Origin: Neoechinorhynchus agilis
Lineage: Eukaryota > Animalia > Acanthocephala
Direction of reading: 5' to 3'
DNA: 64,000 bases
NCBI GenBank assembly: GCA_051530055.1
Contig: CM121341.1
Span: 12,316,784-12,380,783, forward strand
Below are positions 38,880-51,758 of this stretch, one piece after another; positions within the stretch are counted from its first letter, which is position 1; the number at the start of each line of letters is the position of its first letter. Position numbers and translations under genes: made by a program. The notes under the pieces were generated by a model that was not told the origin of the DNA, did not search any database, and was given only the letters and a program-made list of their open reading frames with translations.

Positions 38880-39290
38880 AACATCGAGACAGATTTATCT
38901 CCGCTATGTGGATGATGTGCCGTTTACCTAAAGACATGATAAAGATAAGTTACGCGATACAAACCACAGGATTATGTGCCGTTCGTTAATTTGTGTTTCA
39001 AAGTTAATCAGGTCACTGATTTCAATTGGTATCGCAAACCGTAAAATAGTCATGCATCGAGATTACCATCATCCTTGGGTGATGAAACCGGCACATTATG
39101 CTGCCTCGAAGCGAGCTGGATTTTTGGTTAAGGACGATGGTGTTTCCGCAGGCAACGCCATCAGCTGGACAAAGCCCTAGAATTGCTCAACAGCCTGGAC
39201 GAACTTTCCGCTTCGATGTAGCTAATTTAACGCACACTTTACATCTTCACGTGCCTTCGTAGACTCCTGAGGAAGGCGTAAAACGACAAA
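38880..39290 (+). mobile_element. Highly decayed Penelope-like remnant
   Basis: YLRYVDDV, WYRKP and terminal TPEEG motifs in broken frames. Confidence 0.55.
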
Positions 39291-40769
39291 AGTTTGAGAT
39301 TGAAGATTTTTCTTTATCAATACAACAGTCTGCCCAAGTGCATATAAAACTTAATCAATCATTCCTTAAATGCGATTTTGAGTGGACAGAAATAGAAGTT
39401 GAAGTGAAGGTGGGGAAATTATTATTTACTACTTGTGAGGAACTCAGAAAAGTTGTTATTTTCTTTTCATAAAAAAGTATCACCTTTTAGCTTTTAGAAA
39501 GAAAGGCAGTATAACCATTGATGAGAGTGAACGAAATTGAACTTTTCATCTGTGTTGAAGTGCGGCCTTTACTCCACATCAATTTTCATTGTACACACAG
39601 AAAACTAATCTGGTTTAGGGAAGCGCATAAAATCACTTAATACCCTGAGACGCCTCCAGAAGGCGGGACTCATCAGTGAGTTTCCTCCCTTCAGCGGTAT
39701 TTCGTCTACTTTGGTTGTGTCACTGGCGGTAACGGATTCTAACCAGTTGCCCTTTAACTGGGAAGTCGTGGAAAAAGGCAGCACATTGATACTTAATAAA
39801 AAGTTACTGGCTGGCCAGTCTTCAAAAAATTATTTTAAATGTAAAGACGATATCCATAGATTGTTTTGGTCAAAGCGAAGTGAAGTAATTAAATTTTTTT
39901 GTGTGAATAAAACACTTAGTCCTCTTCACTTCGCCATGATTGAAAAAAATATTTTAAATATAAGAACTTTTATAAATTAGACAAAATACTTGATAAAATT
40001 ACATTAACATTTATATCTTAAACGTAGTTACTAGCGTGGACCAAAGATGCAAATTTGAATATTAAGATAAAATAAAAATAAATGTGTCTAGAAATTGAGT
40101 TTATGGAATATTTCTTAATAATATACCATCTTTTAAAAAATAATAGTTCGCTTACAAGCGAATGATAAATAAACATTTGACAGAAACAATTAAATATAAG
40201 ATCAAAGAACTTATCGGAAGCATTTATTGCTGCTTGAAAGCGTGAATGCTATAGATATTTTCTAGTTTATTAAGAATTAGAATCACGAAACTATAAGAAG
40301 TGTAAATTTCAAGAGCATTTACTTTAGACAATTTTAAAAGTATATTCACTGTATCTTTAAAGTTCGCGTTACGAACGCAGTTCTGAGTTTAAGCATTTCG
40401 AATTTATGCGCACTAAAATGCAATTGATTGAGAATTATTCTTTGCATGCTAAATCAAAGGCGTCTGTTTTTACAGCCATAAAAATACGCAGCAACTTTCC
40501 GTAAAAACTGTCAAGCGCTTTATTGAAAAGTTTGTTTATAAAAACATCGTTTTTTGGGATGGAGTATAGCGTACGATGTTCAGAATCTTTTTTTATTATA
40601 TCGAGAACAACGAAACTGGCGAGGAGATCATAGCAAAAATCTTTACTGTTGTAGAGTTCGTAAAGAGTTTACTACAATGCTCCGATAATAAATAAATCAT
40701 ACACGTAAATGACTTTCCTGTTCAAAGCCACATAAACGAAATCCATCGTCCGTAAATTCGCTATTATTA

Positions 40770-41147
40770 TCAGTTAGGTTTCAATTTGAAGCATCCGAAC
40801 ACTTCTCTTAAATCCTTCTGTTGTTTCAGCCTACCACTAAATCCCAATGCTTCATTTGGTCGGATTATAATTGAGCGGGGCACTTTGCGTGGGATATCGT
40901 AATCCCCGTTATCTTCACCTGGATGTAAAGCTTTAAAAATTTCCTCCTTATTTCTATCAGTATTAGAGGAAAATGGACGATCGACTGTTGGCGTAGAACG
41001 AAGTAAGCTTTCTCTATAAAAGTCATCACAATCATTTCGATTAGACGATGAATCACCAACTGCATTGCTATCACAGTGCAGTATCGATCTGGGAGCGACG
41101 GTTGACTGTAGAACTACAAATATAGCAGCGAGCGCGATAATGTCCAT
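40770..41147 (-). CDS. 125-aa putative secreted orphan protein, copy 1
   Basis: ATG ORF with hydrophobic N-terminus MDIIALAAIFVVLQSTVA (signal-peptide-like) and three Cys; identical copy at 44859-45236. Confidence 0.6.
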   Translation of the reverse strand: MDIIALAAIFVVLQSTVAPRSILHCDSNAVGDSSSNRNDCDDFYRESLLRSTPTVDRPFSSNTDRNKEEIFKALHPGEDNGDYDIPRKVPRSIIIRPNEALGFSGRLKQQKDLREVFGCFKLKPN

Positions 41148-41597
41148 CGTTAGTTTCCCGAATAAGAGATAGTTTTAGAACATGCCCTCAAGATGTACAT
41201 ATATTCTCAATGAGTCAAAAATACGAAAAAGGTGAAATCCTGTAGCCTAAAAAGACACTATGTACTCAGTACTCCAATCCATGTACCGTAAAATGTCGCG
41301 ACATGACATACAGTACTTAGATTTTAACCAAAGATTTTTTACCAAAAATAGAAGTGAGTGCAAATGGTGGCAACTTGTAAAAAAACAGCAATGATTTGTG
41401 TTCAAAACATTAAAATACATGTAAAAGTCTTAATTCTACGCAATGAGGGATTATAATTCACAAGATAATTTGATATTTTATACAAATAAATCTAGCGATA
41501 GCAAACACTGGTCATCACGAGAATTATGCATACATTTAAATTCACGTTCCCATAAATATACCTTCAACAAGCATACATGATTTTAAATAAAATACCA

Positions 41598-41885
41598 ATG
41601 TGCGGCCTTTTTCCACGGCTGATAATTTTCCTTATGTACACAGCCCACCGATCTGGTTTGGAAGCGCATAAAATCACTCAATACCCTGAACCATACGGTT
41701 ATGAGTTTGTACATTCCTCTGGATCCTCAGATACATCCAGGAGGCGGGACTCATCGGTGAGTTTCCTCCCTTTAGCGATATTTCGTCTCCTTTGGCTGTG
41801 CTTATTGGGGGTAACGGATTCGAACAAGTTGACCCTTTACTGGGAAGCCGTGGAAAAAGGCAACACATTGATACTTAATAAAAAA
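41598..41885 (+). mobile_element. ~280-bp MITE with terminal inverted repeats
   Basis: Left caatgtgcggcctttttccacggct, right agccgtggaaaaaggcaacacattg; diverged copy ~39560-39790, left part at 12100. Confidence 0.8.
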
Positions 41886-41989
41886 TTACTGACTGGCCAG
41901 TCTTCAAAAGTTTATTTTAAATGTAAAGATGATATCCATAGATTGTTTTGGTCAAAGCGAAGTGAAAAGAAGTAATTAAATTTTTTAGT

Positions 41990-43990
41990 GATGAAAGGAT
42001 CGCGAAAAAAGTAGGGATACTGCTTCGCCGTACCCAGTTAGGCTGCTGAACACCTCGTGGGCAGAGGCGATTGTTCATTCACTCCACACGTTCATCCCTG
42101 GAAACTCAAAACCGTGCGTGATTTTGTATTGTTGATTTCAAAAATGCATTCAACACACACCGAGCAGATTTGCTCGAATTATTTAGAGATCACGCACCAG
42201 AAGCACTTCGCTATTTCGTTAAAGCTTAATGGGACTTCAACTCCCTTGTTGTTCAATAACCGCGTTTTGTGGTCAGAAAGAGCAGTTTAATAAGGGGATC
42301 CTTTGGGCCCAATAACCTTCCCACTAGCAGTCAATCCCGTCGCGCACTCTCTCCAGTCCAGCTTTAACGGCTGGTACCTGGACGATGCCACGTTCGGAGG
42401 TAATCCCTCTGTTGTACTGCACGATTTGGAGACACTCGTGAAGGAGACGGCGAAAAATTTTCATTGAATTGAGTGCTGCGAAATGCGAGATTTTAGTGAT
42501 GAACGTGGAAGATGAGGCGTCCATGCAAACTATCATGAAAGACTTTCAGAATCTGGCCCCCGGGATAGAATTGATCACTCCAGACCGGTTGAGTCTTCCA
42601 GGAAGCTGCATTTTTGGTTCTAATGTTGAAGCAGGGATTGCCAATCTTCAACCGCAACTTTCGGCGGTGTGCGAACGAATTGATGAATTATATTCACACG
42701 AGGCTCTGTTCCTGACCACGAACACCCTCTTAATTCCAAAATTGTTGCATAAGCTTCGCACAGCACCTTTTTTAGAGATAAGGATAAGCTGGCAAAATTA
42801 GACGAGACGGTGAAAGCCTCTCTCGAGAAATTTTTAAATACTCAGCCGTCGGACGATGCCTGGCGTCAAGCGTCCTTGCCTGTTTCATTAGGCGGTTTGG
42901 CTTTCCGAAAAGCAGCTGATATTTCTGTGCCAACTTGTGACCGACGCGCTGGTAGACATGTTCTATGCAAAAGACGTCCACTCTCACACACATCAACATA
43001 TACGCGCACACAGATACTTGCGTGTATCACCAGATCGATGGCATGACGACATCATCCCCACTATAACACAACTTACTTGGGATCGCATGAAGCAAGCCGC
43101 AAAATAGTTAAATCCGTTCTTGGCAAGGATTACACTTTGAATAAAGATTTCATGGAGGCGCTTAATCTTTGGTGTGGAGATTCAGGTAGCGAGCAGGTAC
43201 CCGTCAATGGTTGCAAACAATCAGTTTGGGGCTTACCCCTGGTAGCGAGAATTCATAACTCTTTAATTTCAGATTCTTGTGACCTGGTGAACCGAACTCG
43301 ATTAGCGGCAGTCTCTACAAGAGAATCGGGTGCTTGGCTCAACGCTATCCCAATCGTCTCCGACGAGACAGTAAGGATTGCAGTGTCCCTGAGACTTGGA
43401 GTACCGATGTGCACATCCCATCGCTGCCGTTGCGGAGCGACCGTGGAACCATCGGGACGCCACGGTCTCGTCTGTCGGCAATCGAGAGGAAGGTACTGAC
43501 GACACGCCGAAGTGAACGAAATTCTTAGCCGTGCCCTGAATACTGTGAATGCGCCCAACATCCTAGAGCCGAGCAATCTTTGCCGACTCTATGGCCGTAT
43601 ACCGGACGGTGTCACTGTATTCCCATGCCGAGAAGGAAAATGCCTTCTCTGGGACACCACTCGCAGCCATCAACATAAAATTCGCCGCCATTAAACCAGG
43701 GGGAGCAGCAACTGCCGCTGAGGAACGCAAAAGGACAAAATACAGGGACCTGAGTCGAAATCAATATTTTGTTCCCTTTGGCGTCGAGACACCCAGGTCG
43801 TTTGGTACCGCGGCACAGGAACTGTTCAAGCAATTGTCTAAGAGATTGAGACGAATCACTGACGATCCGAGATCAGGAGCATTCATCCTACAAAACATAA
43901 GTCTGGCTGTACAACGAGGGAACGCTGCATTCGTCCTTTCGACCGTTACATCAGGACGGCAGCTAAGTGATCCAAAACTATGGTGTGAAT
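41990..43990 (+). mobile_element. 5'-truncated CRE-clade non-LTR retrotransposon (RT + CCHC + RLE), degenerate
   Basis: DFKNAFN, (Q)GDPLGP, WYLDD, AWRQASLPVSLGGL, AWLNAIP, RIAVSLRLG, CCHC knuckle, PDG, VPFGVET and AVQRGNAA motifs with stops and frameshifts. Confidence 0.9.
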
Positions 43991-44858
43991 GATTTATGCT
44001 CCAAGATTCTGAAGATTAAATTGTGTTATTTCTAACATTCTGAAGCAATCCCACGTAGAGGACAAAATATTAATAAAATTAACATGGTCCTCTTTACTTC
44101 GCCATGATTGAAAAAATATTTTAAATATAAAAACTTTTATAAATTAGACAAAATACTTGATAAAATTATATTAACATTTATATATTAAAGGTCGTTACTA
44201 GCGTGGACCAAAGATGCAAATTTGAATATTAAGATAAAATAAAAATAAATGTATCTAGAAATTGAGTTTATGGAATATTTCTTAATAATATACCAAGCAT
44301 TGATATATAAGATCAAAGAACTTATCGGAAGCATTTATTGGTGCTTGAAAGCGTGAATGCTATAAATATTTTCTAGTTTATTAAGAATTAGAATCACGAA
44401 ACTATAAGAAGTGTAAATTTCAAGAGCATTTACTTTAAACAATTTTAAAAGTATATTCAATGTATCTTTAAAGTTCGCGTTACGAACGCAGTTCTGAGTT
44501 TAAGCATTCCGAATTTATGCGCATTAAAATGCAATTGATTGAGAATTATTCCTTGCATGCCAAGCCATAAAAATACGCAGCAACTTTCCGTAAAAACTGT
44601 CAAGCGCTTTATTGAAAAGTTTGTTTATAAAAACATCGTTTTTTGGGATGGAGTATAGCGTACGATGTTCAGAATCTTTTTTTATTATATCGAGAACAAC
44701 GAAACTGGCGAGGAGATCATAGCAAAAATCTTTACTGTTGTAGAGTTCGTAAAGAGTTTACTACAATGCTCCGATAATAAATAAATCATACACGTAAATG
44801 ACTTTCCTGTTCAAAGCCACATAAACGAAATCCATCGTCCGTAAATTCGCTATTATTA

Positions 44859-45236
44859 TCAGTTAGGTTTCAATTTGAAGCATCCGAACACTTCTCTTAA
44901 ATCCTTCTGTTGTTTCAGCCTACCACTAAATCCCAATGCTTCATTTGGTCGGATTATAATTGAGCGGGGCACTTTGCGTGGGATATCGTAATCCCCGTTA
45001 TCTTCACCTGGATGTAAAGCTTTAAAAATTTCCTCCTTATTTCTATCAGTATTAGAGGAAAATGGACGATCGACTGTTGGCGTAGAACGAAGTAAGCTTT
45101 CTCTATAAAAGTCATCACAATCATTTCGATTAGACGATGAATCACCAACTGCATTGCTATCACAGTGCAGTATCGATCTGGGAGCGACGGTTGACTGTAG
45201 AACTACAAATATAGCAGCGAGCGCGATAATGTCCAT
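44859..45236 (-). CDS. 125-aa putative secreted orphan protein, copy 2
   Basis: Translation identical to 40770-41147. Confidence 0.6.
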   Translation of the reverse strand: MDIIALAAIFVVLQSTVAPRSILHCDSNAVGDSSSNRNDCDDFYRESLLRSTPTVDRPFSSNTDRNKEEIFKALHPGEDNGDYDIPRKVPRSIIIRPNEALGFSGRLKQQKDLREVFGCFKLKPN

Positions 45237-47912
45237 CGTTAGTTTCCCGAATAAGAGATAGTTTTAGAACATGCCCTCAAGATGTACATATATTCTCAAT
45301 GAGTCAAAAATGCGAAAAAGGTGAAATCCTGTAGCCTAAAAAGACACTATGTACTCAGTACTCCAATCCATGTACCGTAAAATGTCGCGACATGACATAC
45401 AGTACTTAGATTTTAACCAAAGATTTTTTACCAAAAATAGAAGTGAGTGCAAATGGTGGCAACTTGTAAAAAAACAGCAATGATTTGTGTTCAAAACATT
45501 AAAATACATGTAAAAGTCTTAATTCTACGCAATGAGGGATTATAATTCACAAGATAATTTGATATTTTATACAAATAAATCTAGCGATAGCAAACACTGG
45601 TCATCACGAGAATTATGCATACATTTAAATTCACGTTCCCATAAATATACTTTCAACAAGCATACATGATTTTAAATGTAAAGATGATATCCCATAGATT
45701 GTTTTGTTCATTGCGAAGTGAAGAGAAGCAATTAAATTTTTCAGTGTGAATAATACACTTAAACAATTTTAGAACAATCCCACGTAGAGGACAAAATTTT
45801 AATAAAATTAACTTAGTCCTCTTTACTTTGCCTTGACCAAAAAATTATTTTAAATATTATAGCTTTCATAAATTAGATAAAATGCTCGATAAAATTATAT
45901 TTAAATTTGTATCTTAAACGTCTTTACCAACATGGGCGAAATATCTTAAATTTGAATATTACCATAAAATAAAAATAAATCTACCTAGAAATTGCGTTAA
46001 AGGAATATTTTCTAATAATATGCGTGATTGCTATAAATATTTTCTAGTTTATTAAGAATTAGAATCACGAAACTATAAGAAGTGTAAATTTCAAGAGCAT
46101 TTACTTTAGACAATTTTAAAAGTATATTCAATGTATCTTTAAAGTTCGCGTTACGAACGCAGTTCTGAGTTTAAGCATTTCGAATTTATGCGCACTAAAA
46201 TGCAATTGATTGAGAATTATTCTTTGCATGCTAAATCAAAGGCGTCTGTTTTTACAGCCATAAAAATACGCATGAACTTTCCGTAAAAACTGTCAAGCGC
46301 TTTATTGAAAAATTTGTTTATAAAAACATCAAGCTTTTTGGGATGGAGTATAGCGTACGATGTTCAGAATCTTTCTATGCAAAGAACGACTGTGTTTATA
46401 GTTTTGACATTTTAAATAAAAGAAGAAAGGCAAACACTAAGTTTTAATGAGCGTTAAAAAATTCAAAGCAAAAAAATACGACCTTCACTTGAAATCGAAT
46501 TACTGAGTTTCAAAGACTAAGGAAAGAATTTGCTTCCCAGCTACTGTTTCAGTTTTAAAGATTCATGCTTATAGAAAATGGGTTAAACCAAGATGCTTAT
46601 GAATTTCAGATTTAAACAATATTTATTTTATTCTCAATGGCGAATTGTAACACACTCGAGTTTTATTGAAGTCAACCTTACCAGCTTAGGTACCTCGACT
46701 ACCATTTTTAGATGCTTGAGAAGGAGGCTGAGGCCTTGAAAATTCGCAATGAAGATTTCAATAATAAAGCTCGAGTGTGTAACAATTCGCCATTGAGAAT
46801 ACACATCCACTCGAAGAAACAATTGGATAGTATTTATTTTATGATGTGACATGAGATTGAGAAACAAAGTCGGAAATGTTTTGGAGGCAGCGAAACTGTG
46901 AACTATGTTTTTAATGTAGTGGTCTTTTTTAATAAAAAAGATGGCGTCCTAAATGATACATTCGAATTTTCTTCGACAAATTTCCGGATAAAAGCGAATT
47001 GCAAACTTGAGTGACCGTCAGCTTCTTACAAATTTTAAGCCAAGATAAAAGTAATGCATTGAAATAATTATTGGTTTTTGTTGCAGTATTTGTGGTTTGA
47101 ATCAAAAGTTTTGATATTGTGAACCACCTACGTAATATCCATTTTTTCAGGATTTATATAAAAATGGTCAACTGGATCATTGAACATTTTAACCTGTCAT
47201 CTGTTTTCCACCTTCTCAGCGCAGCTTTGTTCTTACAACTTAACTTTAAATGTTTGAATTTTGCCATTTTACTACCACAAGAAAATTGGTTAATGTTCTT
47301 AAAATGTTATTCAGTACTTCTTCGATATGAAGATGAAATAATTTACTAAATTCACTCGACAATGCAATTGCTTTTGGATATTAATTCTTTAATATTTTCA
47401 TTTATTAGAAGGCTTTTAAAATCATTGTGACCCCTAAAAGGAAATGTTAGCGCTTTGACTTCCAACTAAAAATCGAGATCGTTTTTGTCTTATTTTAATG
47501 AATTATCTGCTATCCTTAAGACATAGAATGATGAAAGATAATGTTTGAACAGTGAAATTCAGTTGAAGGGAAAAACAGATAAGTCGAGGTCATTGTTATA
47601 CACGCTGAAAGGTCAACAATCTTGAGTATAGAAATTATTGTTAAGAATTTAAATATCAAGAGCACATCCTTTTGTCCATGAGAAAAGGACGAATGTGATT
47701 CAACCTCATTTAAAAGGCATGAAAAAATGCAACCCAAAAAATATACTTTTGTGTTTATTACCTCCGATTGCTCATCAAGAAATTCATCTTACGCTTATAA
47801 ATACGCTTGCGCCACATAGTTGCTCTTTTCGCATTTGTCGTCGCTATCTCAAAAACAATCCTCCTCCCAGAGCTACACCGAAGTCTCAAGAAATAAAAGA
47901 CTTCTCATTTAG

Positions 47913-50900
47913 ATGACCGAGATACTTAAAGTTGCCAAACTTAAATCAGCATATAGAGCAGACGGAGTTGGATTGAGCCAAGGCGACTATGTGGTTGTCA
48001 TAAAAGACAAAAGTGATGGAATGGTTGAAGTCGAATATCGCGGCAAAGATGTCATGAAAGTTCCGCTAAGTATTCTTGAGTATACAGAAAACGATAAACC
48101 ACGATTAAGCAGAACTTGGGGATCTGAATTCAAGGAAACCCATGATCACAAAATGATTCAAAATGGGAGTCGAAATGATGAACCTGAACATAAGTACGGA
48201 ATAGTGATAAGCGATTACATGGCTCGATCTCCTGACGAAATAACTTTAATCGAAGGAGAAATCGTTAAAGTGCTGTCTATTGAGCAGAATGAGATTTGGG
48301 GTGAGATTTATGGACGAAAGGGACGATGCCCCGCTCATTGTCTTGATATAATTGAAAATATTGACGATGTTCCTTTGGATAACACAAGCGAGCAATATAT
48401 AGTAAGTGAACCGTCTTCGGACGTCTATGAGACTTTATCGGAGACAAACGAATCAATGGAAATGAGTGATGGAATAATCACAAATGACCTACCGCTTGAT
48501 ATCCTTGAGAAATTAGGTTCGCATATGCGCATTTTGCTTAAAAAGATTACTTAGATTTTTGCCAAAATTTAAGAATTCGAAAATGAGCAGGTAATGTCGG
48601 TGTACAGGCGAAATCTCGACGACATTCTCGATAAACTATGTTTGTTCGAAAGGACAAAAACTGCACTTATGGTGTTTCAGGATCCTCAGAAGAGTGAACA
48701 AAACGAACAATTAATTTTCTGTAACGTGAAAATCGCTCAATTAGATCGGGAGCTTGACCGAGCAGTAGGTAAGTTTGCCTAAAAAGAAAATCGAGTCACT
48801 CGTAGACGTATACGTGGGTATTTTTAAACGAAGGTAAATATTAGTTTATCCATTTGGTTCTTCACACGTTTAAGATTTTTAAAAGAAATATGAATTCGAT
48901 TTGTGCGGCGAATCGGTTAAAATTTAACCTTCATTTATATTTTATCACATTAACCGTCTAATATTGAGCGATAGTTGAAACTTTACGAATTTTTGGCAGT
49001 TTTTGCAAGTGAAACTTCCACGAGTATCTTAATCACCATTTAAAATCTGCCATTTGATTCTAAATCCCAAACAGGTCACATTCTCAGTTCAACAAATGAT
49101 CCTTCGACCGTCGAAAGCATAAATGAGACGAAAGCAAAGAGGCAAATGTTGAGCGAGGAATCTATGCGTCTAAGGGAAACAATTGTCAACGGTCACCAAC
49201 AAAGAACAAAGCAAGAAATCTTACATGAGCTGATTTCAGGTGAAACAGTCTACCTCTTAAATCTTAGAATCATTTGGAATCGCATTGTTCGTCCAAGTGA
49301 ACGCTTTGTCAGTATTTAAGCAAATAGTTCCACAATAACCTACACTTTAATTTTTTTAGCTAACAGTGCACGAGAGATGCATGCTATTCGCGGGTCTCCA
49401 AGCAGTTGCCAAATTCGCCAATCAATTATTAAAAGATATCAACTGCAATAGCGATCGAGTTGTTGATGTGTTCTACTCTAAGATTGGGCAGATGCAAGAT
49501 GTTTACAAGAAATATGGGGAATTGAGTGATAAGGCTCAGTGCCTCTTAAAACCGGTTAGCATTATTCTGCTGAGGATATAACGATTACTTGTATCTTATT
49601 CAGCTTCTTCAGTCTAATCAAGAACTAAGATTTCGATTCGACCGTGTCTTACTTGATGTAAGGAATGAACTTCCGATCCACAACATCGAAGGTGTATTCT
49701 TCTTCCCAATTCAAAGACTTTTATAGCATCCGTGAAGATGGTATGGGATCGGGAACCTATAAGCCACCTTTGCGGTTGTTTCTACAGTATAAAATAATAT
49801 TTGGTAAAATCAGAGAGGTTTGTGAAACCCTAAAAATTAATGAAATGCATGAATAAAATAAGAGTTTAAACTCGGGGATTTAGTTTAAAAACGATTTCTC
49901 GTGTAGCGGTTTGCATTTTTTCGAGAATTAGTTCTGAAACCTATTCTAAATTTTGTATTGCTCTTTATTAACCTACAAGGAATTAAATACGTAACTTTAT
50001 TTCTGATTATTATTTTAAACTAAAAGGTATAAAAGACGAAATCAGTTGGTTACTCCGTGTTCGAATGACCGAAAAAGGCACACTATTTTTTATGAAACGC
50101 CAAATTCCTTTAATTTAGATAAGTAATGACGCTGATAGCTTTAAAGCCAGTCGAATTCTCAGTGCCTGCGAAGCGATCACTGAAGGTGTTGATGAATTTA
50201 AACGTCGGCGAGACTTGATTTCAAAGTACTGCGAGGGCAACCGGGGCCTATTTATAAAAAGATTGACTACCCGTTCTCTAGCCAAGAAATCATCTCGATT
50301 TCGATATAAGGTCGAATCATTCATGGGGCTCAGACCAAAATACCAAGACGATACATTTGAGCGTTGCCGACTAGAATTCAATTCTATGCAAAAACAAATT
50401 GATGGATTACATGGTACCATTAAGAAATACATAAAATGTGTTAAGAATTTAATGGAAATCGATGGCCAGCTATGGGAGTGCGTTAGTGATTTAACTGGCA
50501 CTAGAACCACAAATACCCTCTGCTTGCCGGACTTCAACCCTGAAGAAGTCTTAAAAAAGCTGCAGCACCTCAAGGATGTTCGATCACGACCAGCTGCTCT
50601 AATTCAGAAGCGTGATGATAAACTCGCAGATTATAATCTCGCAAGTACAAATGAGGATATTGATGAAAAGAAGTGGTTGTTTGCTTCATTAAATGGCCAA
50701 TTATGCCTCGATTTGCCTGTTCTTCAATACCATTGTACAATGGTTCAGTCTGTATGACAATGCGCATTGTTGTTACTCTTTTATTTTCATTGTCAACTGA
50801 TTTTTCACTGTTTTATATAATGAGCCAATAGGCCAGTTTGGTCAAAAGACATTTAGTCTGCGTGGGGTCCGCGATCAAAGTAAAAAATTGCGAATCTCAA

Positions 50901-51686
50901 TACGAAAAAATATTTAAATGCCCTCATCGTGAAATTTGTCAAATCGCTCCCTCCTGGTTTATTTGAATTTTACTTCGCGACTCACAAAAACCATTGCTCT
51001 CATGGGAATTCTCTAAGAAGTTATAGTTTCAACAATTTTGAGAACACATCACCTTTAAATTACTAATACACGAATCTCGCCGAGTAAAATTAACTTTATA
51101 ACGATCGCTCTGATGTCTGGAATGTTTATATGGAACTAAAAGGAATATTGCATCCAGTTGCTTGTAAATGGAATAATATTTTTAGTCGAAAATCGTGTTT
51201 GAACGAAACACTCCTGCCTTAACATCTAGGCAAGACCCGTCTTAGTGAATACCGCAACGCCGAGCGGCTTCCTATCAATGACCTTAAGAATTTTGATAGT
51301 GATCACCTGCTTATGTTGAATATGTCAAACAGATTGAGCCAATATATTGATTATTTTGTCATGCCTCAAAGGATTTAACCAAACAAGTCACGAATGGTTT
51401 GGATCATTTATGAAATCCATTGATCAATTCAGACAGGTTTGTTGTTTATAAATGCCCGCTCAAATGCTTAACCGCTTTCCTCTATTTAAAGTCATGTCTC
51501 AAATCCCAGTTAGCAAAAGCGAAATCTTCATGGCCGTTCAGTCAACCGGATTCGGTTCAATCAAGTTTCGAAGCAATATCCAAACTCACAGTCTGCGCAG
51601 GAGACAATACGATAAGATTTGATGATGAACCCGAGAATCTCCCTGAGTTCCCCCAACTAATAGATTTCTCCGAAACCGACAATTAG
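47913..51686 (+). CDS. DNMBP: Dynamin-binding protein / Tuba-like SH3-DH-BAR RhoGEF, multi-exon
   Basis: Two SH3 domains. DH domain (ILHELISGETVYLLNL; NIEGVFFFPIQRLL..YKIIF). VDEFKRRRDLISKY and RSLAKKSSRF...QDDTF BAR entry typical of the DNMBP/ARHGEF37/38 family. Introns at 48517, ~48769, 49308, ~49556, ~49815; 5' end may lie further upstream. Confidence 0.82.
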
Positions 51687-51758
51687 CCAACAAAAATAAA
51701 CATTATTCAACTCTCTCACTTCTTTTTATCAATACCTATTGCCGGAGACAAAAGCGGA

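Larger units (their letters stand above)
39560..46375. repeat. Tandem segmental duplication, ~2.04-kb unit, about 2.3 copies, second copy split by a CRE insertion
   Basis: ~40025-41596 repeated almost base-for-base at ~44170-45672; partial third copy ~45675-46375; unit-start element at ~39560 and ~41598. Confidence 0.92.

Noticed and set aside
41795-41840. GTTCGAATCC T-loop motif on the minus strand suggesting a tRNA
   Set aside because: No T-stem pairing or cloverleaf; it lies inside a MITE.
43497-43499. Stop-codon reassignment or readthrough to explain in-frame TGA/TAG codons
   Set aside because: Genes here terminate with TGA (DNAJA after its CaaX motif), TAA and TAG at expected positions; the CRE copies also carry frameshifts.
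47516-47737. ORF beginning MGCIFSC (myristoylation/palmitoylation-like)
   Set aside because: The first codon is TTG, not ATG, and the rest lacks coding character.
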